A stretch of DNA of 64,000 bases, taken from positions 256,001-320,000 of the forward strand of contig JBKAGE010000036.1 in assembly GCA_046290225.1 (NCBI GenBank). Reading direction: 5' to 3'. Below, one piece after another: positions 1 through 8,617 of this stretch. This stretch comes from Bradymonadia bacterium (lineage in GTDB: Bacteria > Myxococcota_A > Bradymonadia > UBA7976 > UBA1532). Positions within the stretch are counted from its first letter, which is position 1. Each line of letters starts with the position of its first letter. A program made the position numbers and the translations under genes. Under the pieces are notes generated by a model. The model saw only the letters and a program-made list of their open reading frames with translations, was not told the origin of the DNA and did not search any database.

Positions 1-2
1 GC

Positions 3-1439
3 GTGCTCATCGCCGATGACGATCCCACATTGAGGGAGCTGCTCGCCGAGATCATGGCCGACGACGGATACGAGACGCACACGGTCTCTGACGGCGATCA
101 GGCCATCGCGGCCCTCGTGGAGCGCAGGCCCGATCTGGTCCTCACAGATCTGCGCATGCCCGGGGTGGATGGCCTCCGAGTGGTCGACGCCGCACGGCGG
201 TGCGATCCGCCGGTGCCGGTCATCGTGCTCACGGCCTACGGCAGCGTGCCCAAGGCCGTAGAGGCCATGCGCCGTGGGGCCTTTGATTTCGTCACCAAGC
301 CCATCGAGAGCCCTCGTGCGCTCCGGGACCTCGCCGCCCGAGCCCTGGCAACGGCTCAGGTGGATGGGGCCTCTACACAAACAGCCCCACCGACAGCGCC
401 GACTCAACGCAGCGGATCTGCTCGAGAGATGCACGAGCGTACTGCTGCGTCTGGACCGATTTTCCACGATCCAGCTTCTCGTCAACTGCTGACGCTGATC
501 CGCAAGGTGGCTGCCCGAGACACCACCATCCTGCTCTCTGGAGAGTCTGGGGCAGGCAAAGAGGTCGTGGCGCGGCAGATCCACGATCACTCCCCTCGCC
601 ATGGCGGGCCCTTTGTGGCGCTCAACTGCGGCGCCATCCCCGACAGCCTGTTCGAGAGCCAGCTCTTCGGTCACGTGAAGGGGGCCTTCACCGGCGCCCA
701 CGCGGATCGTTCGGGGGTCTTCGAGGACGCCGACGGCGGCACCCTCCTGCTCGACGAAGTGGCCGACCTGTCGGCGCAAGCGCAGGTGAAGCTGCTCAGA
801 GCCCTCGAGCTCCGTCGGATCACCCGAGTGGGCGAGAGCGTCGAGCGGGCAGTGGATGTGCGCCTCGTGGCGGCATCGCACAAAGATCTCAAGACCGAGG
901 TGCAGTCCGGGCGCTTCCGCGAGGACCTCTACTATCGATTGAGCGTGTTTCCCCTCGAAGTACCACCGCTGAGATCTCGCCCCGGTGACATCGAGCCTCT
1001 CGCGGAAGGGTTTCTGCGTCAGCTCGACGAGGGTGATCGCGGCATCACGGAGGCAGCGCGGGCGGTCATGCTGTCATATGGCTGGCCTGGAAACGTCCGC
1101 CAGCTGCGCAATGTGATGGAGCGGGCGGTCATCCTCGCCGGTGACGGGCCCATCGGCCCGGAGCATCTGGGCTTGGAAGGCGTCGCGGTCACCGCCCTCT
1201 CGGGCAAAACTGGCACATCGGAGGCTGGCACATCAGAAGCCGCCATATCGAGCACCAGCGCGCCCAAGGGCGAAGAGGAAGGTGCTGAGGGCGCGTCTCT
1301 CAAAGACATGGAGCGCCAGGCGATCCTCGACGCCCTCGAAGCCCACGACGGGAACCGGCGCAAGGCCGCGGATGCCCTCGGCATCGCCTTGCGCACCCTG
1401 CAATACAAACTGAAGTCCTATGGAATGACGAAGAAATGA
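3..1439 (+). CDS. Sigma54-dependent response regulator (NtrC family: REC-AAA+-Fis HTH); true start may lie at or before the window edge
   Basis: LIADDD...DLRMP receiver; Walker A GESGAGKE; intact GAFTGA loop; LLDE Walker B; FREDLYYRL; WPGNVRQL; C-terminal GNRRKAADALGI HTH. Confidence 0.95.
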   Translation: MLIADDDPTLRELLAEIMADDGYETHTVSDGDQAIAALVERRPDLVLTDLRMPGVDGLRVVDAARRCDPPVPVIVLTAYGSVPKAVEAMRRGAFDFVTKPIESPRALRDLAARALATAQVDGASTQTAPPTAPTQRSGSAREMHERTAASGPIFHDPASRQLLTLIRKVAARDTTILLSGESGAGKEVVARQIHDHSPRHGGPFVALNCGAIPDSLFESQLFGHVKGAFTGAHADRSGVFEDADGGTLLLDEVADLSAQAQVKLLRALELRRITRVGESVERAVDVRLVAASHKDLKTEVQSGRFREDLYYRLSVFPLEVPPLRSRPGDIEPLAEGFLRQLDEGDRGITEAARAVMLSYGWPGNVRQLRNVMERAVILAGDGPIGPEHLGLEGVAVTALSGKTGTSEAGTSEAAISSTSAPKGEEEGAEGASLKDMERQAILDALEAHDGNRRKAADALGIALRTLQYKLKSYGMTKK

Positions 1440-1786
1440 GCGACACCCCCATCACTTTGCCCGATGGCGCCTCCATGGCTGAATATCAGCGCTACATCCA
1501 CGATCTCGAAGCCTTCCATGGCTGGCTCGACGTCGATCTCGTGCACAACTGCTTCCTGATGGGCGAAGAAGTGGGCGAGCTGTTCAAGGCGATCCGTAAG
1601 CACAACAAGTACTTCGGCGAAGCGGCGAAGGCCTCGGAAGATGCCCCTGACACCGTGCAACATGTCGCCGAAGAGATCGTCGATGTGTTCAACTACCTGC
1701 TGGCCATCGCCAACCGGCTCGACATTGATCTGGAGCAGGCGTTTCGAGAGAAGAACGGCCTCAACCAGAAACGCACCTGGGGCTGA
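1436..1786 (+). CDS. MazG-like nucleotide pyrophosphohydrolase (all-alpha NTP-PPase)
   Basis: GEEVGEL...AEEIVDV acidic motifs; ANRLDIDLEQAFREK; overlaps upstream stop (ATGA). Confidence 0.85.
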   Translation: MSDTPITLPDGASMAEYQRYIHDLEAFHGWLDVDLVHNCFLMGEEVGELFKAIRKHNKYFGEAAKASEDAPDTVQHVAEEIVDVFNYLLAIANRLDIDLEQAFREKNGLNQKRTWG

Positions 1787-1898
1787 GGTGACCCCACTTC
1801 ACCGGCCGGCGTGCTCGATGACGAGTCAAGGCGATCCTCTCCCTGGCCTTGCTCGAGGTCGCTCTGTCTGGCGCAGCCACTGGCTGCCTCGCTCACCC

Positions 1899-2543
1899 TT
1901 ACGGTGCTGGCAAAGAAGATCCCTGCGCCATGAGGCGCACTGAGGCCGAGTAGCCCGAGCCGCCAGGCTTCAGAGTGCTGGGCACCCACCGTGGGCGGCT
2001 TTGTCCGCTGGCGTCGACGAAGACCAGCGGGCTGATGGCCCCCATCTCTATCCTGGCCCCCTGCTCCCCCTTCACACCCCCGGCGAAGCGGCCCTCGACG
2101 ACGACGGCCGCCTTCAGGGGCTCCTCCACTTCGTACACGAGCAACACCACAGCGGTGACGCCTCCGTCCTGATCGATACGCCCGTGCACCCGTCTGGCCG
2201 TGGGCTTTCGCAGACTGCCACCGACGCTCAGCTGCCACGATCCGAGGACGCGCTTTGCCATCACAGCGCCGAGCGCTTCACCCTCGGCAGTAGAGAGTCG
2301 CCCATCCCGATCGAGATCGTGTTGAGCCTTGAGCCATCCGGTCTGTGGCCCGGGGGGCAACCTCAGGGACAACAGCGCGTCTGCAGAGAGGGCGCCCTGC
2401 TTCGCCTTGGCCGGGCGCATGGTCATCAACACGGTGCGCACAGGCTTCTTCTTGTGAGCCCACGCCTGTGACGCTGCGCTCAGGAGCATGCACAGCGCCA
2501 ACATCAAGATGTGATGAGGTTGCACCTTCACGGGCGGGACCAT
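1899..2543 (-). CDS. Secreted hypothetical protein with one EF-hand-like loop
   Basis: Signal peptide ending AWA-H; DLDRDGRLSTAE loop; 6 bp downstream of the PHP hydrolase gene. Confidence 0.6.
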   Translation of the reverse strand: MVPPVKVQPHHILMLALCMLLSAASQAWAHKKKPVRTVLMTMRPAKAKQGALSADALLSLRLPPGPQTGWLKAQHDLDRDGRLSTAEGEALGAVMAKRVLGSWQLSVGGSLRKPTARRVHGRIDQDGGVTAVVLLVYEVEEPLKAAVVVEGRFAGGVKGEQGARIEMGAISPLVFVDASGQSRPRWVPSTLKPGGSGYSASVRLMAQGSSLPAP

Positions 2544-2549
2544 TCAGAC

Positions 2550-5500
2550 TCAGTGGGCGTGGCCACTGAATTGCTCGAAGATGCGGTGCACGTCGAGGGC
2601 GGTGTTGCCGAAGGCGTCGATGCTCCGACGGGGGCGGAGGCCCGTCCCTGCCTGCTCCGGCTCCACCTCCATCACCCCGTACCCCATGGGATCACAGGCC
2701 CGCGGCGGCACGCCCGGGGGCGTCCAGCCGTCTCCACCGACGTCGATCCAGATGGGATTGGTGAGGGCGAGGGCGCTGAAGAAGGCTGTACGCAGCGGCT
2801 CGAGATCTCCGAGGTCACTGCCGCCGAGCCCCAAGGGGCCAGCGATGGAGGCAAATGCCTCGTTGAGCAGCACAGGGGGGATGTCGATGGCTCGGACCAC
2901 GGGGAACAAGCTCTCGTCCCCAGTGACCTCCACCACCACCCAGCTGTCTGCCCCCAGAGTCCGCTCTGTCTGCCACTCGAAAACGCCGTCTTGAATGGTG
3001 ATTTCGAAGCGCTCGGCCACCTCGCCGTTGACGTAGAGCACGCCCTCGCTCACCTGCACCCAGGGGGCGGCCTGCACCTTCACCTGGATCGTCACCGCGC
3101 CATCGGCGGTGGCGATCTCCTCACCGATGGGGGCGCCGTTGACGAAGAGCTCGACAAAGGGACCGTTGGTGAGGGTCATCCGGTTGGCCTTCACCGCCTG
3201 GGCGATCTCGACCGGGTCGATGGAGAACGGATCGTCACGGCCAATGCGCACGAAGGTTCGGGGGTAGCCTGCATCTTCGGCGTGGTGACTGTCGGAGTTC
3301 GCAGTGGCGGCGTAGCGGAGGCCCATGTTCAAGAAGTTGAACCAGTCGTCTACGACACCGGGGAACGCCACTTCGCCGTCTTCGCACAGCACTGCACCCG
3401 GAGGCACCGCCCGGAGCACGTCAAGATCAGTGGTCTCGGGGAAGCTGAGCCCTTCGATGCTGTCGGGCATGCGCTCATGGTGAATCTGCACCGGCAAGCC
3501 GCCATTGAGCACCTCGAGGGCGTCGAAGTCGCCGCTGTATTGATTCACCCCATCGGCGTCGAAGAACGAGGGGCCGCTGGGGTTGATGATGTTGGCGAAA
3601 TCCGGGGGGCCTTCCATGGGGGCCGGAATCCGCCCGGTGAGCGGGTCGAGGCCGTACTGGCTGAAGTAGCCCAGGATCAAATCTCGCGCGTGGTTCACCT
3701 GCACCACGGTGTTCTCCGGACCATCCGATCCGAGGTTGCGCAGATCGCCGAAGATCATCTCCGGCGTCCGGAACGACCACTCGAAAGACCCCTTGGTGAT
3801 GGCCCCGATGTCGAAGCGCAGAGGGAAGCCGTTGAAGTGACCTGACTCGAGGGTGGTCATCTCGAGACCGATCATCGAGGAGGCCCACTCGGTGAGGTTG
3901 GTCAGGGCCAACGCCTCGCGGTAGTCGGTGACGAAGTTGTGATCGGTGGCCACGAGATACTCGAGGCCCTCGCCCACCACGCTGCGGATGCGATCGGTGA
4001 GGGGCAGATCCGAATCGAGGGAGGGCGCGGCGTGCAGGTGGAAGTCGGCGCCGACGTAGCCCGTGGTGTCGACGACGCGCTTGAGCAGCGCCTGCACCGC
4101 CACCGAGTCGTTGGGCTCCGCGGTGATCGTCTCCACGTGCAAATCGTACTCCATGCCGCGAGAGACATAGACCTCGTAGTCTTGCCCGGGGGGCACGTCG
4201 ACGACGACGCGGCCCTGATCGGTGAAGGCCACGGTCTCGATGTATCGGCGGGTCTTCGGATCAGCGGGATCGTCCGGGATGAAGTCGCTGCTGCGCCAGC
4301 GCTGCCCTGCGGCAAGGTCGAAGAGGAACTTCCGGTACAGCTGACCGCTGCGCTCCGCGGGCACGGTGCCCACGACGGTGACCTTTGCCGGCAACGGGCG
4401 CCCGGCCTCGTCACGGACCGCCACCCGAATGCGGGTCACCTCGGGGCGCCCCAGCTCGAGGTAGCGCTTTTGATTGGCGGTGATGGTGAAGGGCACTGGA
4501 TCAGAGAGCACCGGGTCGAGCTCCACCCGAGCGGTGTAGTCACCTGGGGGCAAGTTGCCTCTGAAGGCCCCGTCCTGGCGACTGAACATCTGGCTGAAGG
4601 GGCGACCCTCTGCGTCGTAGATGAGCACCGAGGCCCCTTCTACAGACTCAGCGGTGTAGACATCTCTCACCCGCCCCTGGAGGGTGCCGGTGGTGGTCCC
4701 GCGGATACGATACACCTCGTCCATCACACTGGAGACGTCGCCGTCACCGACCACGAACAGGTGCTGGTACGAGAAGCTCTCCCCGGCCTTCAGCAGGTTG
4801 GGCGCCATGGCATAGAACACCCCAGTAAAGGAGGACGCCAGGAACGGGATGAGCATGTCCTCCCGGCCCACGGGGCGTCCGTAAGCCACCTCATAGGCGT
4901 TGCGGCCATCTTCGGTGAGGCGGCTCTCGGGGAACGACTGCACGCCCTCCTGGGCCACGGCGAAGAACCCGTACGAGTTCCCCTCGCGGTTGGTGCTGAT
5001 GAGGCCTGGCACGATGAGGCCCGGCAAGGCGGGGAACTGCAGCGCGCTCACCCCCTCGGCGGCGTACGACTCCTCGAGAGAGAACCGCACGTCATAGCCA
5101 TAGCCTGGGGCGAAGACGTGGTTGCCGCCGCCGTACAGAATCACGAAGCCCACGGGGATTTGCAGACCGTCGGGCGACACGCCGAGGACTGCGCGCAGCA
5201 GGGTCGCCGCCACGTCAGGGGGGATCTCGAGATCTTCCTCGGTGATGTTCACCATGCTGCTCTTGAGCTGCACCGCCCGGGTGCCATTGAGCAGGCTGTA
5301 CTCCATGGTGAAGCCCAGCTGAGGCTCCGCAGCGTCGAGAGCCGCGGGGTCGAGCAAGTCGAGGGGGCTCTCCAAGGTGTGGGAGTTGGTGAGGGCGCGG
5401 TTCAGCGCCTTGGTGAGCGACAGAAAGTCGCCCCCCGTGCCGCTCACGACGATCGTGGGGGGGCTGCCGTCAGAGCCGTCATTGGTGACCCGCACGTCGG

Positions 5501-5855
5501 TGGGGGCCAGGGCTTCGACGAAAAATGCGGGGAACATCTCGCCGAAGCTGTCGAGGCCTCGGCCGCCATTGGGCGTGCCCAAGGCGTCGCCGCGTTTGAT
5601 GTCGGCGTCGATGAGGCTGCCGCCGTACACCCCGAACCCTCGGGAGAAGCCCTTGTCCTGGATGATGATCTTGAGGTGCTCGTTCTCGAGCATGTAGTCC
5701 CCGATCTCACCAAGGGCAGAGGGCCCCCCGACGAGCTCGGCCCGGCTCTCGATGCGCCGGGCCGTGGCCACGGGATCTTTCTCTTCCGTGCAGCCCGTGG
5801 CGCACAGGCCAGGGAGGAGCCCCAGGAGCAGCGCTGAAATGAGTTGCGTGCGCAT
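2550..5855 (-). CDS. CehA/McbA-family PHP metallohydrolase lipoprotein with carboxypeptidase-regulatory-like domains
   Basis: Lipobox-like CATGC; PHP motifs DFHLH, TDHN, GHFN, VNH, LEVLNG, NSDSH; N-terminal GGPSALGEIGDYMLENE. Confidence 0.85.
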   Translation of the reverse strand: MRTQLISALLLGLLPGLCATGCTEEKDPVATARRIESRAELVGGPSALGEIGDYMLENEHLKIIIQDKGFSRGFGVYGGSLIDADIKRGDALGTPNGGRGLDSFGEMFPAFFVEALAPTDVRVTNDGSDGSPPTIVVSGTGGDFLSLTKALNRALTNSHTLESPLDLLDPAALDAAEPQLGFTMEYSLLNGTRAVQLKSSMVNITEEDLEIPPDVAATLLRAVLGVSPDGLQIPVGFVILYGGGNHVFAPGYGYDVRFSLEESYAAEGVSALQFPALPGLIVPGLISTNREGNSYGFFAVAQEGVQSFPESRLTEDGRNAYEVAYGRPVGREDMLIPFLASSFTGVFYAMAPNLLKAGESFSYQHLFVVGDGDVSSVMDEVYRIRGTTTGTLQGRVRDVYTAESVEGASVLIYDAEGRPFSQMFSRQDGAFRGNLPPGDYTARVELDPVLSDPVPFTITANQKRYLELGRPEVTRIRVAVRDEAGRPLPAKVTVVGTVPAERSGQLYRKFLFDLAAGQRWRSSDFIPDDPADPKTRRYIETVAFTDQGRVVVDVPPGQDYEVYVSRGMEYDLHVETITAEPNDSVAVQALLKRVVDTTGYVGADFHLHAAPSLDSDLPLTDRIRSVVGEGLEYLVATDHNFVTDYREALALTNLTEWASSMIGLEMTTLESGHFNGFPLRFDIGAITKGSFEWSFRTPEMIFGDLRNLGSDGPENTVVQVNHARDLILGYFSQYGLDPLTGRIPAPMEGPPDFANIINPSGPSFFDADGVNQYSGDFDALEVLNGGLPVQIHHERMPDSIEGLSFPETTDLDVLRAVPPGAVLCEDGEVAFPGVVDDWFNFLNMGLRYAATANSDSHHAEDAGYPRTFVRIGRDDPFSIDPVEIAQAVKANRMTLTNGPFVELFVNGAPIGEEIATADGAVTIQVKVQAAPWVQVSEGVLYVNGEVAERFEITIQDGVFEWQTERTLGADSWVVVEVTGDESLFPVVRAIDIPPVLLNEAFASIAGPLGLGGSDLGDLEPLRTAFFSALALTNPIWIDVGGDGWTPPGVPPRACDPMGYGVMEVEPEQAGTGLRPRRSIDAFGNTALDVHRIFEQFSGHAH

Positions 5856-5869
5856 GGCGTCTCCCTGAC

Positions 5870-7243
5870 TTAGAAGCGGGCCTGGATCAGGGCTTCGATG
5901 CGATCATTGTTCAGCTCACGGCCCTCTTTCTCGATCGCCCGGGTGTACTCGAGCTGCAGCTTGATGGGCTCGTCGGGGATCTCCCAGTTCAGGGTGAAGG
6001 TGTGAAAGCTGACCTCGTCGAGGGCGAGGGTCTGGGCCACCGTGGGATCATCGGCGACGAACTCCGCCGTGGGGTTGAAGGTGGAGAAGCGATACGCCGG
6101 GGTGATGCCCATGGGGGCGCGATAGCCCAGGGCGACGTGGTAGCCCTCGGCCACCGTCTCCGGCTCTTCCTGCACCCCGGCCACTACTGTGCTCTGGCGC
6201 ATGTACTGGGCGTTGAGGATCGCCCCGTACACCTCGATCCAGGCGTCGGCGTTGATGCCCGTGCGCTCTTCGGTGATGCGGTCGAGGGGGTTCTCCGCCC
6301 GATCGCGCTCGTTCACCATGGCGCCCACCCCGGCTTCGATGCGGATCGGAGTCTTGCCGGTGCGATCACCGTGGCCCACCTCGAGACGGCCCACATAGGC
6401 GAACTTCTCGTTGTCGTTGTCGCCCCGGTTGGCGCCGTTGCCGTCCACCATGCTCAGGTTCACCGACATCCACACCGGGCCGAGGTGCAGCGGCTGGGTG
6501 TAGGCCATGAGGCCCACGTTGCGAGAAAGACTCAGGCCCGCCACGGGCTGGCCTTCAGCGGCCCGCACCCCACGGCTCTGCACAGCGCGGCTCACGAAGA
6601 GCAGATCGCGCGTGGACTGCAGCTCTTCGCGGTCATAGGCGGGCTTGAACTGCCCTGCGAGGATGTTGAACCACGGCATGGGCTCATAGGCGATGAAGGC
6701 GTCGCGCAGAGTGGTGGCGGTGCTCTCGGCGTTGCCGCCGCGATCGACGGCGCCGTCCATGTCGAGGCGGATGCGCCAGTGGTTGCGGCGCGCTTCGAGA
6801 CCGAGGCGGGCGCTCCCGAGCACGAAGCCGTCGTTGTAGCCCACGAAGAGGCGGCCCTGATCATCATTGTCGATGAAGGCGGCGCGCACGCGCATGAAGC
6901 CGAACCAGCCCACCTGCCAGCCCCCCATGCTCATCACCGGGGCGGCGTCGAGGGCCACGTGGGCGGCACCATCGGGGCCCATCCCCATGGGCGCCATGGC
7001 AGGCGCTGCGCCCTTGTTGGAGGGCTTGTCCACCATGGCGTCGACCTTGTCCTGGCCGCCAAAGGCGTCGGCCACCGGCTTTTGAGCAGAGGACGCCGGG
7101 GGAGGTGCCACAGGTGTCGTCGGGGTCTTGTGATTGGGCATGGCCTTGGGCGGCGTCGCTGGCGTGGTGGCTTCCTGAGCCATGGCCGGGGTGCTCATCA
7201 CAGCCCCGGCCACCAGCGCGGCGCTTGCCACGGCCTTCATCAT
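5870..7243 (-). CDS. Outer-membrane porin (OprO/OprP-like beta-barrel) with Pro/Ala-rich N-terminal extension
   Basis: Signal peptide MMKAVASAALVAGAVMSTPAMA (start chosen there; ORF extends to 7315); ARLG, LRDAFI, AGQFKPAY motifs; terminal IQARF. Confidence 0.75.
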   Translation of the reverse strand: MMKAVASAALVAGAVMSTPAMAQEATTPATPPKAMPNHKTPTTPVAPPPASSAQKPVADAFGGQDKVDAMVDKPSNKGAAPAMAPMGMGPDGAAHVALDAAPVMSMGGWQVGWFGFMRVRAAFIDNDDQGRLFVGYNDGFVLGSARLGLEARRNHWRIRLDMDGAVDRGGNAESTATTLRDAFIAYEPMPWFNILAGQFKPAYDREELQSTRDLLFVSRAVQSRGVRAAEGQPVAGLSLSRNVGLMAYTQPLHLGPVWMSVNLSMVDGNGANRGDNDNEKFAYVGRLEVGHGDRTGKTPIRIEAGVGAMVNERDRAENPLDRITEERTGINADAWIEVYGAILNAQYMRQSTVVAGVQEEPETVAEGYHVALGYRAPMGITPAYRFSTFNPTAEFVADDPTVAQTLALDEVSFHTFTLNWEIPDEPIKLQLEYTRAIEKEGRELNNDRIEALIQARF

Positions 7244-7382
7244 GGCGGCCTTCTCGTTGGCCCTTCGGGTGGCCTGCCTGGCCCTCTTCAAGATGCGGTG
7301 CTTCGCCACAATCACTCCTCAAAACCAATGGCGGTCGGGCGGGATGGTAACCCGAGGATCAGCAGAACGGCATGAATTCTCA

Positions 7383-7397
7383 CGACACAACATGTCG
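7383..7397. promoter_or_regulatory. Inverted repeat CGACA-N5-TGTCG, candidate enhancer-binding-protein site
   Basis: Palindrome about 100 bp upstream of the predicted sigma54 transcription start. Confidence 0.3.
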
Positions 7398-7426
7398 CAA
7401 CACTCTCGCACACGTTGAAACGCCTG

Positions 7427-7439
7427 CAACCCCTTGATG
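7427..7439 (-). promoter_or_regulatory. Candidate IHF site
   Basis: Minus strand CATCAAGGGGTTG versus consensus WATCAANNNNTTR (one mismatch at W), between the putative UAS and the sigma54 promoter. Confidence 0.4.
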
Positions 7440-7473
7440 CTCAAGGGCCCTGAAGTGACGTAGAGGGCAAGTA

Positions 7474-7489
7474 TGGCACACCCCCTGCT
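7474..7489 (+). promoter_or_regulatory. Sigma54 (-24/-12) promoter of the TauE cluster
   Basis: TGGCAC-ACCCC-CTGCT: GG(7475-6)-N10-GC(7487-8); RBS GGAGG 7546-7550 before ATG 7557. Confidence 0.6.
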
Positions 7490-7556
7490 ACGTCCTCTGG
7501 CGACCGCTGGCCCCCGCCGAGACGCGGGAGCCCCCCACAGCATCTGGAGGCGCTCA

Positions 7557-8504
7557 ATGTTGATCATCGCTGGCCTGCTCTCGGCCCTCATGGGCACCGT
7601 CCTCGGCCTGCTCGGCGGTGGGGGCTCCATCATGGCTGTGCCGATCCTCGTCTATGTGGTGGGGGTGGGCCCGAAAGAAGCCATCGCCACCTCGCTGCTC
7701 GTGGTGGGGGCCACCAGCCTCGCCGCCATGGCCCAACACGCCCGGGCAGGCAACGTGCGCTGGCGCACCGGCTTGATCTTCGGGGTGGTGGCCATGCTCG
7801 GGGCATACCTCGGTGGTCTCGTCGCCGGGTACATCCCCGGGGCGGTGTTGTTGTTGCTGTTCGCCGCCCTCATGGTGGCCACGGGCTTCGCCATGCTGCG
7901 CAAAGCCAGAAAGAAGGCCTCAAACGGCGCGGTGGAGGCAGAGGTCGAGAAGGAGGGTGAGCTGCCGGTGATGAAGGTGGCCCTCGAGGGCCTCGTCGTC
8001 GGCGCGGTCACAGGTCTCGTGGGCGCAGGGGGCGGATTCCTTGTGGTGCCCGCCCTGGTGCTGCTCGGCGGCCTGCCCATGAAGATCGCCGTGGGCACCT
8101 CGTTGCTGGTCATCTCCATGAAGTCCTTTGCTGGCGCCCTCGGGCACTTAGATCACGTCACCATCGACATGACCCTCACCCTGGTCTTCACCGCTGCCGC
8201 CGTTGCCGGCTCCTTTGGCGGCGCAGCTCTCGGACGACGACTCAACGCCGCCACCCTGCGCACGGCCTTTGCCTGGTTCGTACTGCTGATGGCCGCCTTC
8301 ATCCTCTACAAAGAGATGACTGTGGAGATGGCCCGACAGATGTTCGTCGACCACTGGTACGCCTGGGTGATCGGCACCGTAGTCGTCAGTGGGCTGCTCT
8401 TCGCCTTCAAACGCCGCAAGTCCGTTGATCCTCGAGCCATCCGAACGCTTGAGCGGCATGCCTCGACCGTGCGGCCCCCAGCCCAGGAAGGCGAGGCCGC
8501 CTGA
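7557..8504 (+). CDS. TauE/SafE-family sulfite/anion exporter
   Basis: Duplicated GLLGGGGSI..VP / GLVGAGGGFLVVP motifs and A(I/V)(A/G)TSLL; multi-TM; start set at ATG after GGAGG. Confidence 0.92.
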   Translation: MLIIAGLLSALMGTVLGLLGGGGSIMAVPILVYVVGVGPKEAIATSLLVVGATSLAAMAQHARAGNVRWRTGLIFGVVAMLGAYLGGLVAGYIPGAVLLLLFAALMVATGFAMLRKARKKASNGAVEAEVEKEGELPVMKVALEGLVVGAVTGLVGAGGGFLVVPALVLLGGLPMKIAVGTSLLVISMKSFAGALGHLDHVTIDMTLTLVFTAAAVAGSFGGAALGRRLNAATLRTAFAWFVLLMAAFILYKEMTVEMARQMFVDHWYAWVIGTVVVSGLLFAFKRRKSVDPRAIRTLERHASTVRPPAQEGEAA

Positions 8505-8617
8505 GCGGCCCCTGCCCCAACACACAGAGCTTTTCATCATCCCGGAATCCGGGCACCCTCTGAGCGAACACGTTTGCCTGCGACATCGAAGATGGGCAGG
8601 CCCACAGAGGGTCTCTG

